A stretch of 64,000 nt of DNA from Gemmatimonadota bacterium (GCA_040905425.1 JBBDRO010000080.1:1-64000), one strand, 5' to 3'. Numbered from the stretch's first letter, positions 17,669 to 30,058 are shown. Numbers and translations are program-made. The notes: generated from the letters alone by a model not told the origin.

Positions 17669-20401
17669 TCAATCCAATGGTTTTCCCCGCCGGCGGCTCC
17701 ACCACTTGTCCAGCTCCCCACCCACGATGATGGTCGTGGCAATGAGCACGATCACTCCCCACTGGGCCGCGTCCAGCGGCTGTGTCCGGAACAGCGCCTG
17801 GAACCAGGGCGTGTAGAGCACCGCGATGTGCGCGGCGAGCGCCGCCAGGATGCTGACGAACAGGAACCGGTTCGTGAACGGCGGAATTTCGAATACGGAC
17901 CGGTGCAGCGAGCGGCAATTGAAGACGTGAAAGAACTGGAAGACGACCATCTGCGTCATGGCCACCGTTCGGGCCAGTTCCAGGTCGCCCGTCTGGCGTA
18001 GCGTCCACCAGAAATTCGCGAGCGTGCCGGCCGCGAGCACGAGTCCCACGGCTCCGAGCCGCTCCAGCACCCGCCGGGTGAGGATCCCCTCATCGCGGGG
18101 CCGCGGGGGCCGGCGCAGCAGGCCGGGCTCGCCCGGCTCGAAGGCGAGCGCCACGTCCTGCAGACCATTCGTTACCAGGTTGATCCAGAGGATCTGCGCC
18201 GCGATGAAGGGGAGCGGCCAGCCTACCAAAAGGGCGGCCAGGATGACCAGGATTTCACCCACGGCCGTCGACAGGAGGAAGAAGGTCACCTTGCGGATGT
18301 TGGAGAAGATGACCCGCCCCTCCTCCACGGCGGCCGCGATGGTGGCGAAGTTGTCGTCGGCGAGCACCATGTCGCTCGCCTCTTTGGCCACGTCGGTGCC
18401 GCTCTTGCCCATGGCAATGCCGAGGTGCGCCTCCCTGAGCGCCGGGGCGTCGTTCACGCCATCGCCGGTGACGGCAACCACCTCTCCGCGCGCCCGCAAA
18501 CGCTGTACGATGCGCAGCTTGTGCTCCGGCGCTACCCTGGCGTAGATGTCCACGCTCTCGAGACGGTCGTCCAGCTCCGCGTCGGAGAGCGCGGCGAGGG
18601 CGTGGCCCTCCAGAGCGCCCGCACCCTGCCGGTCGAGGCCGAGCTGGCGCCCGATGGCCCGCGCGGTGTCCGCGTGGTCGCCCGTAAGCATGAGCACGCG
18701 GATGCCCGCCTCGCCGGTCGCGCGCACGGCTTCGACGGCCTCCGGCCGGACGGGGTCCTCCATGCCCTCGAGCCCCGCAAGCACAAGTCCGTTCGAGAGA
18801 AGGGAATCATTGAGGCGCTGCGAGTCCGTGGTGCGATAGGCCACAGCCAGCACCCGCAGACCCTCGGCGGCAAGCACCGCCGCCGCCTCGCGGACCATTC
18901 GAGCATCCAACGGGGCCGTGCCCTCCTGCCTGAGCATCCGCTCACACCGCTCAAGCACCGCTTCCGGCGCCCCCTTCACGTACACGACCGGGCCATCGGG
19001 TCCATCGTTCAGGGTCGCCATGAGGCGCAGCTCGGACTCGAAGGGGAGGATGTCCAGCTCCGGGTGGCGGTCACGCTGCTCGCCCGGGTGGAGGCCTCCC
19101 TTGGCCGCCGCCACGTGCAGGGCGATCTCTGTGGGGTCGCCGGTGAGTTCCCCGGTGACGGCCGCGTGGGGGCTGGCCTCGTTGGCAAGGGTGCCTCCCA
19201 GCAGGGTCCTGCGCAGCGGTTCGTCCCCGTTCGGACCCGCGTCCTGGTCCGTGTCCCGGACGCGGATGTTGCCCTCCAGTGTGTAGCCGGCACCCGTAAC
19301 GTCATAGCGTCGCCCGCCCGCCCAGATCGCCCGCACGCTCATCTCGTTCTTGGTCAGCGTGCCGGTTTTATCGGAGCCGATAACCGTGGTGCTGCCGAGC
19401 GTCTCCACCGCGGGCAGCGCCCGAACGATGGCGTTCCTGCGGGCCATGCGGCTGACACCAATGGCCAGGGTCACGGTGAGCACAACGGGCAGCCCTTCCG
19501 GGATAGCGGACACCGCCAGCGCGACAGCCGCGAGGAAAATCTCCTCCGCCGGCATGCCGCGGAGTAGGCCTATCGCGGTCGTGATGAGGGCCAGCACCAG
19601 CACCGCCGCACCGATCCGCCGACTGAAGCGGTCCATCGACTCCTGGAGAGGGGCCGCCGTGTGCCCGATCTCGCGCACGGCCGTCGCGATGCGCCCAAGC
19701 TCCGTCTCCGCTCCCGTGCGGACGACGACGCCCCTCCCGCGCCCGCGGGTGATGACCGTTCCGGCGAACGCCATGTTCAGCTGGTCGCCCGGGACGAGCG
19801 ACGCCCCTTCGAGAGCGGCGGTCCGTTTCCCGACGGGGACGGACTCCCCCGTGAGGGCCGACTCGTCCGCGGCGAGCTCGCGCGCATCGATCAGCCGGAG
19901 ATCCGCGGGGACGCGCGCGCCCGATGTGAGCACGACCACGTCCCCAGGCACGAGCTCGCGGCTGGGAATGGTCCGCCGCGATCCTCCGCGCACCACCTCC
20001 GCTCCCGGCGCGCTCATACGGGCAAGCGCCCGCATGGCATGCTGCGCCCGCCGCTCCTGAATGAAGCCGATGATCGAGTTGAGTAGCACGACCGTCAGGA
20101 TCACGACCGTGTCGGTGAAGTCGCGCAGGACGAGCGTGACCGCGGCCGCGGCCAGGAGAATGTAGATGAGGGGGTCCGCGAACTGGCGCAGCAGAAGCAT
20201 CCACCACGGCGTCTCGCGCTCGCCTTCGACCTCGTTGAATCCATGCCGGCGCAGCCGCTCCGCCGCCTCGTCCTCGGGCAGCCCGTCCCGCCCCACGCCG
20301 AGGACTCGCTCCACCTCGTGGGTGGGCAGGGAGTACCACGGCCCCGGCGGCAGGAGGTCCCGGCTCCCATCGGGCGATTCTTCCACCATGGCGTCACTCA
20401 T
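17669..20401 (-). CDS. P-type II cation-transporting ATPase (Ca2+/Na+/K+-like)
   Basis: LTGES, IPEGLP, DKTGTLT, TGDGVND, QILWINLVT. Confidence 0.95.
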   Translation of the reverse strand: MSDAMVEESPDGSRDLLPPGPWYSLPTHEVERVLGVGRDGLPEDEAAERLRRHGFNEVEGERETPWWMLLLRQFADPLIYILLAAAAVTLVLRDFTDTVVILTVVLLNSIIGFIQERRAQHAMRALARMSAPGAEVVRGGSRRTIPSRELVPGDVVVLTSGARVPADLRLIDARELAADESALTGESVPVGKRTAALEGASLVPGDQLNMAFAGTVITRGRGRGVVVRTGAETELGRIATAVREIGHTAAPLQESMDRFSRRIGAAVLVLALITTAIGLLRGMPAEEIFLAAVALAVSAIPEGLPVVLTVTLAIGVSRMARRNAIVRALPAVETLGSTTVIGSDKTGTLTKNEMSVRAIWAGGRRYDVTGAGYTLEGNIRVRDTDQDAGPNGDEPLRRTLLGGTLANEASPHAAVTGELTGDPTEIALHVAAAKGGLHPGEQRDRHPELDILPFESELRLMATLNDGPDGPVVYVKGAPEAVLERCERMLRQEGTAPLDARMVREAAAVLAAEGLRVLAVAYRTTDSQRLNDSLLSNGLVLAGLEGMEDPVRPEAVEAVRATGEAGIRVLMLTGDHADTARAIGRQLGLDRQGAGALEGHALAALSDAELDDRLESVDIYARVAPEHKLRIVQRLRARGEVVAVTGDGVNDAPALREAHLGIAMGKSGTDVAKEASDMVLADDNFATIAAAVEEGRVIFSNIRKVTFFLLSTAVGEILVILAALLVGWPLPFIAAQILWINLVTNGLQDVALAFEPGEPGLLRRPPRPRDEGILTRRVLERLGAVGLVLAAGTLANFWWTLRQTGDLELARTVAMTQMVVFQFFHVFNCRSLHRSVFEIPPFTNRFLFVSILAALAAHIAVLYTPWFQALFRTQPLDAAQWGVIVLIATTIIVGGELDKWWSRRRGKPLD

Positions 20402-21321
20402 CCGGAGGCGCCGTCCGGCGCGGCCGCGATCGGCGGGACGAGCAGCACCGGGCAGCCGGCGCGGCGGGCGACGCGCGAGGCCACGCTGCCGATGAGCGCG
20501 CGCTGCAATCTGTTCTTACTGCGCGTTCCCAGCACCAGTAGGTCCATCTCTCGCTTTGCCGCCCACGCCACGATGCAGGCCGCGGGCTCGTTGGCCCAGA
20601 GCACCTCGATCTCCACCGGGATGCCCTCCGCCCCCGGGATGTTCGCGCGGGCGCGCTCCACATGGGTCGCCAGCTCGGGACGGATGACCCGCTCCTCGAG
20701 ACCGGGGTCGTCGATCTCCTCCACCGACCAGCCGGCGTGCATCACGTGCAGGCTGGGCCGCCCCGCCCGATCCGGGTCGTCGGGCTCCGACAGTCGGGCG
20801 CCAAGCGCCATCGCAGCATCGAGCGCGTCGCCGGCGGGTTCGGAGTGGTCCAGGGCGACCCCCACGCGGTGGATGCCGCCCTCGAAGGCGCCGCGCGCCA
20901 CCAGGCACGGCACGTCGGCCGCGCGAATCACCCGGTCCGCGGTGGTGCCGAGAAAGTGCGCGCCCACCCCGCCGCCACGGTGCGGCCCCACGACGATCAG
21001 GTCGGCGCCGAGATCGCGCGCCCGCGCCACGATCGCCTGGTGGGCCACGTGGAGGATCACCTCTTGGCCCGCGGGCCGCATGCCTTGGGGCATGGTCCGC
21101 CGAGCCTGCTCCTCGAGCCTCTCCTCGGAGGAGGTGATCTGCCCGAACAGGCCGCTCCTGCGCATTACGTCGTCGGAAGGCGTCCAGGGCAGATCCAGGG
21201 AATGGATCAGGTACAGATCGGCTCCCGTGGCGTGGGCCAGGAACGCCGCTGACCTGACGACATCGTCGGAGCCGTCTCCGAGGTCCGTGGCCGCCAGAAT
21301 GGGGTGGGGGGACCGGCCCAT
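20398..21321 (-). CDS. Tandem-domain universal stress protein
   Basis: ILAATDLG...ADLIVVG...LGTTADRV; DLLVLGT...IGSVASRV; overlaps ATPase start. Confidence 0.9.
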   Translation of the reverse strand: MGRSPHPILAATDLGDGSDDVVRSAAFLAHATGADLYLIHSLDLPWTPSDDVMRRSGLFGQITSSEERLEEQARRTMPQGMRPAGQEVILHVAHQAIVARARDLGADLIVVGPHRGGGVGAHFLGTTADRVIRAADVPCLVARGAFEGGIHRVGVALDHSEPAGDALDAAMALGARLSEPDDPDRAGRPSLHVMHAGWSVEEIDDPGLEERVIRPELATHVERARANIPGAEGIPVEIEVLWANEPAACIVAWAAKREMDLLVLGTRSKNRLQRALIGSVASRVARRAGCPVLLVPPIAAAPDGASG

Positions 21322-21575
21322 CGTGTCCTCCAGTCTTTCCGAAGCGTATGGGTGTGGCATGCAGTATATGCCGGCGGCGGGGGGCGGGCTGTCCGGCAAG
21401 CCACCAACTGGTGTAGGGGCTTCGCCCATGCGCGATGGCCAGTGTGCGCCGCGCAGTCCCGGATGCACGCCGCCCTTTCCCGACACTTTTTGGTGGGCGT
21501 CCCGACAGATTCACACCGGGAACCCTCTATGTTGGAAAGGCCATGCAAACGCTCTACGGGTCACGGAGGGGGAGG

Positions 21576-22460
21576 ATGAAGATCGAACGCGTAGTGCTCG
21601 GCATGGACTTCGGCGCACCGGCCGTGGCGGCGGCTCGCTGGGTTGCACAGGCCTTCGCCGGCGCCAAAGAGGTCATCCTCGTCAACGTGGTCGACGTCCC
21701 CCATCCACCGAGCTTTCTGAGCGGCATCCTCCCTCCGCGCGAGGAACTGATCGAGACCGCGAAGGTCGGGGCAAGGGATCGGTTGGGCGACCTGGTGGAG
21801 GAGCTACCGGCGCTGCCGGGCGGGCACATCACCACGCGTATCGAGAGCGGGCGTCCGGCGGAGCGGATAGCGGCGGTCGCGGAGGAGGTCTCGGCCGACC
21901 TCGTGGTCGTCGGCGAGCACGGGCAGCGGCCGGGCGTATGGAACGCGCTGGGAAGCACGGCGGAGCGCCTGCTGCACTCCTCGCCGGTACCCGTGCTGCT
22001 GGCGCGCAGCCCCTCGCGAAAGGAAACGGAGCGGATGCTGATCGCCCTGGACGAGTCCCCCATGACGGCGCAGATCCTCGAGTGGGCGGCAGCTCTCGGC
22101 CGGGAGCGGGCGGAGATGATCCTGCTCCACGTGCTGGACCCGGCGGTGGTCGGTCGGGTCCGCCTGGTGTCGGCGGATCGGGGCGCGATGAAGTTCGAGG
22201 AGCAACTGCGTGGAGGCACGCGGAGCTGGCTGCTCGAGCAGGCCGGCTCCGTCGGCCTCCCGGAGGAGCGCGTGGAAATCTCGGTCGCGCTTGGCCGGCC
22301 GGGCCACGAGATCATCGCCGCCGCTGAGCGGCACGACGTGGACCTCATCGTCATGGGCAGCCGCGGCTCGCGACCCATCGGGCAGCGGGCGCTGGGAAGC
22401 GTGGCCCGTTCGGTCCTCCGCGGAGCGACGTGCTCGGTGCTGGTGGTGGCGGACGGGTAG
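21576..22460 (+). CDS. Tandem-domain universal stress protein
   Basis: VLGMDFG...ADLVVVG...LGSTAERL; DLIVMGSRG...LGSVARSV. Confidence 0.92.
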   Translation: MKIERVVLGMDFGAPAVAAARWVAQAFAGAKEVILVNVVDVPHPPSFLSGILPPREELIETAKVGARDRLGDLVEELPALPGGHITTRIESGRPAERIAAVAEEVSADLVVVGEHGQRPGVWNALGSTAERLLHSSPVPVLLARSPSRKETERMLIALDESPMTAQILEWAAALGRERAEMILLHVLDPAVVGRVRLVSADRGAMKFEEQLRGGTRSWLLEQAGSVGLPEERVEISVALGRPGHEIIAAAERHDVDLIVMGSRGSRPIGQRALGSVARSVLRGATCSVLVVADG

Positions 22461-22624
22461 GCCGGCTCCCGCAGCACGTCTTCACCGGCGGCAACGAGGC
22501 CCGCACCGGAAGGTGACGGGCCTCGTCGCTTAAAGCCGTGGCCGATCAACCGCCCCCGCTTGATTCCGCCCGCCCCCGCCGTACTTTCCGCCATGCCCCT
22601 GACCCTCCCTGCCCCGCCCTGTCC

Positions 22625-23542
22625 ATGCGCCTCCTGAAGCGGCTGGCCCTGGCCGTCCACCGCGGCGGTGCTCGCCTGGGTGTGCACGTCCTGCCGGTCC
22701 ACTACTACTCCAGCGTGGCCGACCTGCGGGAGCTGGAACGCACCCGGCCGCTGTGGGCGCGGCGTTCGGAGCTGCCGGGCATTGCCGTGGACCGGCCGGG
22801 CCAGTGCGTCCGGCTGCGCGAGATCTGCCTGCCCTATCAGGCGGAGTACACCGGCAACGCGGCTTACCGGGGGGGCGTGGCGGGCGGCTTCGGACCGGGC
22901 TACGGCTACATCGAGGCGCAAGCGCTGCACGCCATCGTGCGCCACCATCGTCCGCGTCGGATCATCGAGGTGGGCAGCGGCGTCTCCACGCACTGCATGC
23001 TGCACGCGCTGCGGCAGAACGTGGCGGATGGTCACGCCGCCAGCCACCTGACGTGCATTGAGCCGCATCCATCGGCGCCACTGAAGGCGCTGGCCTCCGA
23101 GGGGGCCATCGAGTTGCTGGCTGAGCCGGTCCAGGGGGTGGCCATGGCGCGGTTCGAGGCGCTCGAGGCCGGCGACCTCTGCTTCATCGACTCCACGCAC
23201 GCGGTGAAGCCCGGCAGTGACGTCAATCACCTCATCCTGGAGGTGCTGCCCCGCTTGCGCGCCGGGGTGATCGTGCACTTTCACGACATCTACCTGCCCT
23301 ACGACTATCCGCGTGACGTCCTGCGGACGCTCTATCACTGGCAGGAAACGGCGCTGCTCCGGGCGTTTCTTATCGGCAACGCGGGCGTGCGCATCCTCTT
23401 CAGCCTGAGTCAGCTCCACTACGACGAACCGGAGACCCTGCGCGAGGTGTTCCCGGAGTACGTGCCGCAGGGAGATGTGGACGGCATGGCCACGGAACCG
23501 GGCGGTCACTTCCCGGCCTCGACGTATCTCCGCATGGGCTGA
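22625..23542 (+). CDS. Class I SAM-dependent methyltransferase (Methyltransf_24-like)
   Basis: PRRIIEVGSGVST, FIDSTH, VHFHDI. Confidence 0.85.
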   Translation: MRLLKRLALAVHRGGARLGVHVLPVHYYSSVADLRELERTRPLWARRSELPGIAVDRPGQCVRLREICLPYQAEYTGNAAYRGGVAGGFGPGYGYIEAQALHAIVRHHRPRRIIEVGSGVSTHCMLHALRQNVADGHAASHLTCIEPHPSAPLKALASEGAIELLAEPVQGVAMARFEALEAGDLCFIDSTHAVKPGSDVNHLILEVLPRLRAGVIVHFHDIYLPYDYPRDVLRTLYHWQETALLRAFLIGNAGVRILFSLSQLHYDEPETLREVFPEYVPQGDVDGMATEPGGHFPASTYLRMG

Positions 23543-23700
23543 CACGGCGCGGCCCTGAAACCCGCAGGGGGCGCCGCCGTACGGGTCGGGTCGCGCCGCC
23601 GCAGATGCTTCACCGGGCGGCCTCACTGTACCGCACGCCGCCTGCCCCGCTAGATTCGGCGCCGCGCGTTGCCTGCACCCACACCCCTGCACCCGCACCT

Positions 23701-24231
23701 ATGCGCCGACGCACCCGACTGCTCCTGTCCCTGACCATGATGGGCGTCATCGCGCTCCTCGTGACCGTCACGGTGGGCCAGGACCTGATGGCCAACCGCC
23801 GGCCGGACCTTGACTCCTTTGCCCTGATCCACTTTGCCGGCTACCTGTTCTTCATCGTGATGCCGGTGGAGGTGCTGATCCCGTGGTACCAGGCGGAGGG
23901 TCACGCGGGCTACGTGCTGCTGGGGCTTGCCGTCGGCACCGCGTTCGCGGCCCAGTGCATTGATTTTGCCATCGGGTGGGCGCTGAGCGGGGACGTCATC
24001 CACACCCTCATCGGTGAGCGGCGCCACCGGAGGACGCACGCCGCGATCGAGAAGCACGGGGTCTGGGCCATTTTCCTTTTCAACTTCTTGCCGCTCTCCT
24101 CTCCCATTCTGCTGCTGGTGGCCGGCATGGTGCGTTTCTCACCGTGGGTGGCGTTGCCGGTGAGCCTGGCGGGGCTTACCGGCAAGTACCTGCTCCTGGT
24201 CTACGTGGGGAGCCTGTTCTTCCTGTCCTGA
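23701..24231 (+). CDS. DedA/VTT (YqaA-like) membrane protein
   Basis: Hydrophobic; KHGVWAIFLFNFLPL...LVAGMVRF. Confidence 0.7.
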   Translation: MRRRTRLLLSLTMMGVIALLVTVTVGQDLMANRRPDLDSFALIHFAGYLFFIVMPVEVLIPWYQAEGHAGYVLLGLAVGTAFAAQCIDFAIGWALSGDVIHTLIGERRHRRTHAAIEKHGVWAIFLFNFLPLSSPILLLVAGMVRFSPWVALPVSLAGLTGKYLLLVYVGSLFFLS

Positions 24232-24353
24232 GCGGGGAGCCGCGCCGCCGGGGCATCGGCACGCGTTGTGCCCGGCTGCAACCATAGCGCCAGGCTGACA
24301 GCGGCCATTAATTTGAGTCATCGCCCATCTTTACTCACGCCGCCGGGGCACCC

Positions 24354-25907
24354 ATGGATACCCGTAGCCGACCCTATCGCCTCCTCACCCTGTCCGCCGT
24401 GGCCGTCGTGGGCCTGGTGGCGGTGGCCGCCGGCGCTTCGCTCCGCCTGCCGGAACGGCGGCCCGCCGCGGAGCTGGCCCGGGGCCCCGCACAGCCCACC
24501 GCCGAAACGCGGGCGGCGGTCCGGCGCGCGGCCGAGCTCTCCGATGCCTTCATTGCCATCGCCGAGACGGTGACGCCGGCGGTGGTCCGCATCCAGGCGG
24601 AGCGTTCGCTGGGCGCAAACGGCACGAACATCCCGCGGGGGCTGCGCCAGTACTTCGATGGCCCGGCGCCCTCCGACTCCATCCACGGCTCCATCCCGCA
24701 GGTCTCGGGCGGCACCGGCGTGATGGTTTCCGCGGCAGGCTACATCGTCACGAACAACCACGTGGTGGCCGAGGCCGAGCGGCTCACGGTCACCCTGCAC
24801 GACAAGCGCGTCTTCCCCGCCACGCTGGTGGGTCGTGATCCCACTACGGACATTGCCGTCATCCGCATCGAGGCCACGGATCTGGCGGTGGCTCCCCTGG
24901 GCAACTCGGACAGCGCGCGCATCGGCGAGTGGGTCATTGCCATCGGTAATCCGGGCTTCGACCCGCGCAACACGCTGGACTTCACGGTCACCAGCGGGAT
25001 CATCAGCGCCAAGGGTCGCCCGCTGAACATCATCGGCGCCGATGTGCAGACGGAGGAAGAATACGAGAACGCCCGCTACGCCATCGAGGACTTCCTGCAG
25101 ACGGACGCCGTCATCAATCCGGGCAACTCGGGCGGCCCCCTGGTGGATCTCAGGGGCAATGTGATCGGCATCAACACCGCCATTGCCAGCTCCACCGGCT
25201 TCAATCAGGGCTATGGCTTCGCGGTGCCGGCCAACCTGGCGCGCCGCGTGGCCCAGGATCTCATCAGCTACGGGCACGTGCGCCGGGCCCTGATGGGCGT
25301 CACCATTGCGGCCGTCACACCGGAAGATGCCGAGGTTTACGGGCTGCCGGCCATTGCCGGCGTGCTGGTGGAGGACTTCGCGGGTGATTCGCCCGCGGAG
25401 GCCGCCGGTCTGCGCCGCCACGACGTCATCGTGGGCATCAACGGCATTGCGGTCGAGCGCGTGGGCCAGCTGCAGCGCATGGTGGCCGAACACGCGCCGG
25501 GCCAGGAGGTGCGGGTGGAGGTGATCCGCTACGGGGAGGCCCTCCGCCTGCCGGTGCGCCTGCGGGAGGCACCCATCACCCAGCCCGTGGCACGCACCGA
25601 ACACCAGGACACGGAAGCGCCGCGCGGCCTGGGCCTGGAGGTCACCGACCTGGACGGCCGCACGGCCGCCCGGCTGGGCTACAGCGAAGGCGGCGGCGCC
25701 GTGGTCAGCCGCGTGACGCCCTTCTCCGCCGCGGACCGCAAGCGGGTGCTGGAGGGCGAGCGCATTGCCGAAATCAACGGCCAGCCGGTGGCCAACGCGC
25801 GGGAGGCGCGGGGCATCCTGCGCCGCCTGGGCTCGGGCCAGGTGGTCTCGCTCCTGCTCCAGTCGAGCGACGGGCGCACCTACATTGCCAACATTCGGGT
25901 GCCGTAG
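24354..25907 (+). CDS. degP: HtrA/DegP-like serine protease with two PDZ domains
   Basis: TNNHV, DIAV, QTDAVINPGNSGGPL catalytic motifs; PDZ domains. Confidence 0.92.
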   Translation: MDTRSRPYRLLTLSAVAVVGLVAVAAGASLRLPERRPAAELARGPAQPTAETRAAVRRAAELSDAFIAIAETVTPAVVRIQAERSLGANGTNIPRGLRQYFDGPAPSDSIHGSIPQVSGGTGVMVSAAGYIVTNNHVVAEAERLTVTLHDKRVFPATLVGRDPTTDIAVIRIEATDLAVAPLGNSDSARIGEWVIAIGNPGFDPRNTLDFTVTSGIISAKGRPLNIIGADVQTEEEYENARYAIEDFLQTDAVINPGNSGGPLVDLRGNVIGINTAIASSTGFNQGYGFAVPANLARRVAQDLISYGHVRRALMGVTIAAVTPEDAEVYGLPAIAGVLVEDFAGDSPAEAAGLRRHDVIVGINGIAVERVGQLQRMVAEHAPGQEVRVEVIRYGEALRLPVRLREAPITQPVARTEHQDTEAPRGLGLEVTDLDGRTAARLGYSEGGGAVVSRVTPFSAADRKRVLEGERIAEINGQPVANAREARGILRRLGSGQVVSLLLQSSDGRTYIANIRVP

Positions 25908-25931
25908 GCGCGCCCGTACGCGGGCGCGCGG

Positions 25932-25961
25932 TTGATCCTCCGTGGTGCGCCGGCTTACATT
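25932..25961 (+). promoter_or_regulatory. Putative sigma70 promoter for tRNA-Leu/tig
   Basis: TTGATC-18 bp-TACATT ending about 10 bp before the tRNA. Confidence 0.5.
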
Positions 25962-25970
25962 GGTGTCTCC

Positions 25971-26053
25971 GCGAGAGTGGCGGAATGGCAGACGCGCCAG
26001 ATTTAGGATCTGGTAGGGCCAGCCCTGTGCGGGTTCGAGTCCCGCCTCTCGCA
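25971..26053 (+). tRNA. tRNA-Leu (anticodon TAG), CCA not encoded
   Basis: Acceptor GCGAGAG/CTCTCGC; anticodon arm CCAGA-TTTAGGA-TCTGG; long variable arm; GGTTCGAGTCC. Confidence 0.97.
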
Positions 26054-26079
26054 TTGCACACGCACATGAACCGAGCCCC

Positions 26080-27354
26080 ATGGCAACCGATACCGAGTTG
26101 AAGATCAGCGTGGAGGAGGCCCCCGCCTGGGGTCGCCGCCTCACCATCACCGTCCCCGCGGAACGCATAAACACCGAAAAACAGAGCGCCACCAAACGGC
26201 TGGCCGGGCGGGCCAAGCTACCCGGCTTCCGTAAGGGCAAGGTGCCCGCCGCCATCATGGAGAAGCGCTTCGGCCCGGCCATCGAGAATGAGGCGGTGGA
26301 GAAGGCCATTGGCGCCGCCTACCGGGAGGCCATCGAGCGCGAGGGGCTCCGGCCCATAACCCAGGGTTCCATCGAGCAGTTCGACTACCAGTCCGGGCAG
26401 GACCTGACCTTCAACGTCCATCTGGAGGTTCGCCCCGAGATCGAGCTCGAACGGGTGGGCGGGTTCGCGGTGCGCCGCCCCACGCCCAAGGCCGGCAACG
26501 AGCAGGTGGACCAGGTGCTCGAGCGGCTACGCGACGAGCACGCCTCGTGGACGGCGCTGCCGGAGGGCCAGGCGCCGGCGACCGGGGACATGGTCACCGT
26601 GCAGATCACGCCTCTGCGGGGTGAGGAGGGCACCACCCCGGCCGACCCGCGCCGCTACGAGATCATCCTCGGCGAGGGCCAGGCGCTGCCCCCCATCGAG
26701 GACGCCATCGCCACCCTGCGGCCGGGTCAGACTGAGGACTTCTCGGTGCAACTGCCGGCCGATCCGGAGGAGCCGGACGGCCCCACGGAGGAGCATCGCG
26801 TCCGCATCGAGATGCAGGCGGCCAAGCACCCCGAACGGCCCGAGCTGACCGACGAGCTCGCGCAGAGCCTGGGTCCGTTCGAGGGGCTCGAGGAGCTACG
26901 CACGCGCATCCGGGAGGATCTGCTGAAAGAGGCGGAGCAGGAGGTGGAGCGGCAGCTGCGCAGTGACCTCATGGCGCAGCTGGTGGAGGCCAACCGCTTC
27001 GACCTGCCCCGCTCCATGGTGGACCAGTACCTGGAGGGCGTGCTGCCGGTCCAGGAAGGCATCGAGGAGGAGCGGGTGCGCGAGATGCGCGAGCAGGCCC
27101 GCCCCGCCGCCGAGCACGCTCTCAAGCGGATGCTCATCGTGGAGCGACTCGCGGAGACCGAGTCCCTGCACGCCACGCCGGAGGAGGTGGAGGCACGGGT
27201 TGGGGAGATCGCCGAGCGGCTGGGCCGCCCGGTGCCGGAAGTGCGTGGGCGGTTGCAGAAGAACGGCCGGCTGCGTGAGATCGAGGAGGAGACCACCGAG
27301 AACAAGGTGTTCGACTACCTCAAGGGGCTCTCGACCATCGAACAGGAATCCTGA
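26080..27354 (+). CDS. tig: Trigger factor
   Basis: PGFRKGKVP ribosome-binding motif; upstream of clpP. Confidence 0.96.
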   Translation: MATDTELKISVEEAPAWGRRLTITVPAERINTEKQSATKRLAGRAKLPGFRKGKVPAAIMEKRFGPAIENEAVEKAIGAAYREAIEREGLRPITQGSIEQFDYQSGQDLTFNVHLEVRPEIELERVGGFAVRRPTPKAGNEQVDQVLERLRDEHASWTALPEGQAPATGDMVTVQITPLRGEEGTTPADPRRYEIILGEGQALPPIEDAIATLRPGQTEDFSVQLPADPEEPDGPTEEHRVRIEMQAAKHPERPELTDELAQSLGPFEGLEELRTRIREDLLKEAEQEVERQLRSDLMAQLVEANRFDLPRSMVDQYLEGVLPVQEGIEEERVREMREQARPAAEHALKRMLIVERLAETESLHATPEEVEARVGEIAERLGRPVPEVRGRLQKNGRLREIEEETTENKVFDYLKGLSTIEQES

Positions 27355-27989
27355 TGAATAACGTGATCTATCCGCCCTACGTCATCGAGCGCACACAGCG
27401 GGGCGAGCGCAGCTACGACATCTTCAGCCGTCTCCTCATGGACAGGATCATCTTCCTGGGGACGGCGGTGGATGACAACGTGGCCAACATCGTCATCGCG
27501 CAGCTCCTCTTCCTGGAGGCGGACGACCCGCAGAAGGACATCTACCTCTACATCAACTCGCCCGGCGGCTCGGTATACTCCGGGCTGGCCATCTACGACA
27601 CCATGCAGTACCTGAAGGCGCCGGTGAACACCATGTGCATGGGCCTGGCGGCCTCCATGGGCTCCTTCCTGCTGGCGGCCGGCTCCCAGGGCAAGCGCAG
27701 CGCGCTGCCCAACTCCCGCATCATGATCCACCAGCCCTCTTCCGGTGCGCAGGGTACGGCGGCCGACATCGAGATCCAGGCCAAGGAGATCCTCTATGCC
27801 CGCGAGCGGCTGAACCAGCTCCTGGCGGATCACACCGGGCAGACCGTGGAACGCATTGCCGAGGACGTGGACCGCGACCGCTTCATGAGTGCACTCGAGG
27901 CCAAGGACTACGGGATCATCGACAACGTGGTCTCGCACAAGGGCCAGGTGGTGGCCGAAGAGGTCACGAAGAAGGGCCACGAGGAATAA
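27354..27989 (+). CDS. clpP: ATP-dependent Clp protease proteolytic subunit
   Basis: [27 protein letters not shown]. Confidence 0.98.
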   Translation: MNNVIYPPYVIERTQRGERSYDIFSRLLMDRIIFLGTAVDDNVANIVIAQLLFLEADDPQKDIYLYINSPGGSVYSGLAIYDTMQYLKAPVNTMCMGLAASMGSFLLAAGSQGKRSALPNSRIMIHQPSSGAQGTAADIEIQAKEILYARERLNQLLADHTGQTVERIAEDVDRDRFMSALEAKDYGIIDNVVSHKGQVVAEEVTKKGHEE

Positions 27990-27997
27990 CGCACAGG

Positions 27998-28036
27998 GGG
28001 GCGGACGGCGGGGAACTGCCGGTCCGCCCCTTTTTT
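27998..28036 (+). terminator. Intrinsic terminator between clpP and clpX
   Basis: GGGGCGGAC...GTCCGCCCC stem followed by T6. Confidence 0.8.
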
Positions 28037-28113
28037 CGCTAGATTGAAGAAGAGACGCTCGCGCGGGTACGAACCCGCCAGGGTAGTCGGCTCCCCTCCA
28101 GCCATGACGCATC

Positions 28114-29376
<1,263 letters not shown>

Positions 29377-29431
29377 CCATGCCGCGCCCCCTCGGGGGCG
29401 GCGTGCGCGGCTGCGTTCGAGGACCGGCGCC

Positions 29432-30058
29432 ATGCGCGTGAAGGCCGTGGAGTTCGCCGGCGCCATCGGCGCCCCCGGCCAGGACGCTCCCGGGGACCTG
29501 CCCCAGGTGGCCTTCTCCGGCCGCTCCAACGTGGGCAAGTCCTCGCTCATCAACGCGCTGCTCGGCCGCACCCGCACGCAGATGGCGCGCGTCTCCTCCA
29601 CGCCCGGCAAGACGCGCGAGATCAACTTCTTCGACGTGCGCGTGGGCCTCGAACCCGATGACCGCGACTTCCACTTCTTTCTGGTGGACCTGCCCGGCTA
29701 CGGCTATGCGCGCGCGCCGGACGCCCTGAAGAAGCAGTGGCAGGAGCTGCTGGCCGGTTTTCTGCGCCGCTCCACCGCCATCAAGGGCGTGGTGCAGTTG
29801 ATCGACGCGCGCCACGGGCCCACCGCCGACGACCGCACCATGCTGGACTTCCTGGCTCACGCCGGCCTGCCCACGCTCTTCGCGCTCACCAAGGTGGACA
29901 AGCTGAAGAGCCGCGAGCGCGCCCGGCAACTGGCACTCGCGGCCGGGGCGCTGGGGGCGGACGAGGAGCAGTTCGTGCCGGTGTCCGCCCACACCGGTGA
30001 AGGCCGGGAGCAGCTGCTGGACAGCCTCGAGGACCTCCTCAAGGACGGCACCGGATGA
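29432..30058 (+). CDS. engB: GTP-binding protein EngB/YihA/YsxC
   Basis: GRSNVGKSSLIN, DLPGYG, TKVDK. Confidence 0.96.
   Translation: MRVKAVEFAGAIGAPGQDAPGDLPQVAFSGRSNVGKSSLINALLGRTRTQMARVSSTPGKTREINFFDVRVGLEPDDRDFHFFLVDLPGYGYARAPDALKKQWQELLAGFLRRSTAIKGVVQLIDARHGPTADDRTMLDFLAHAGLPTLFALTKVDKLKSRERARQLALAAGALGADEEQFVPVSAHTGEGREQLLDSLEDLLKDGTG

Noticed and set aside
25971..26053. tRNA-Leu as an island attachment site
   Set aside because: Directly followed by tig; no 3' tRNA duplicate or integrase seen
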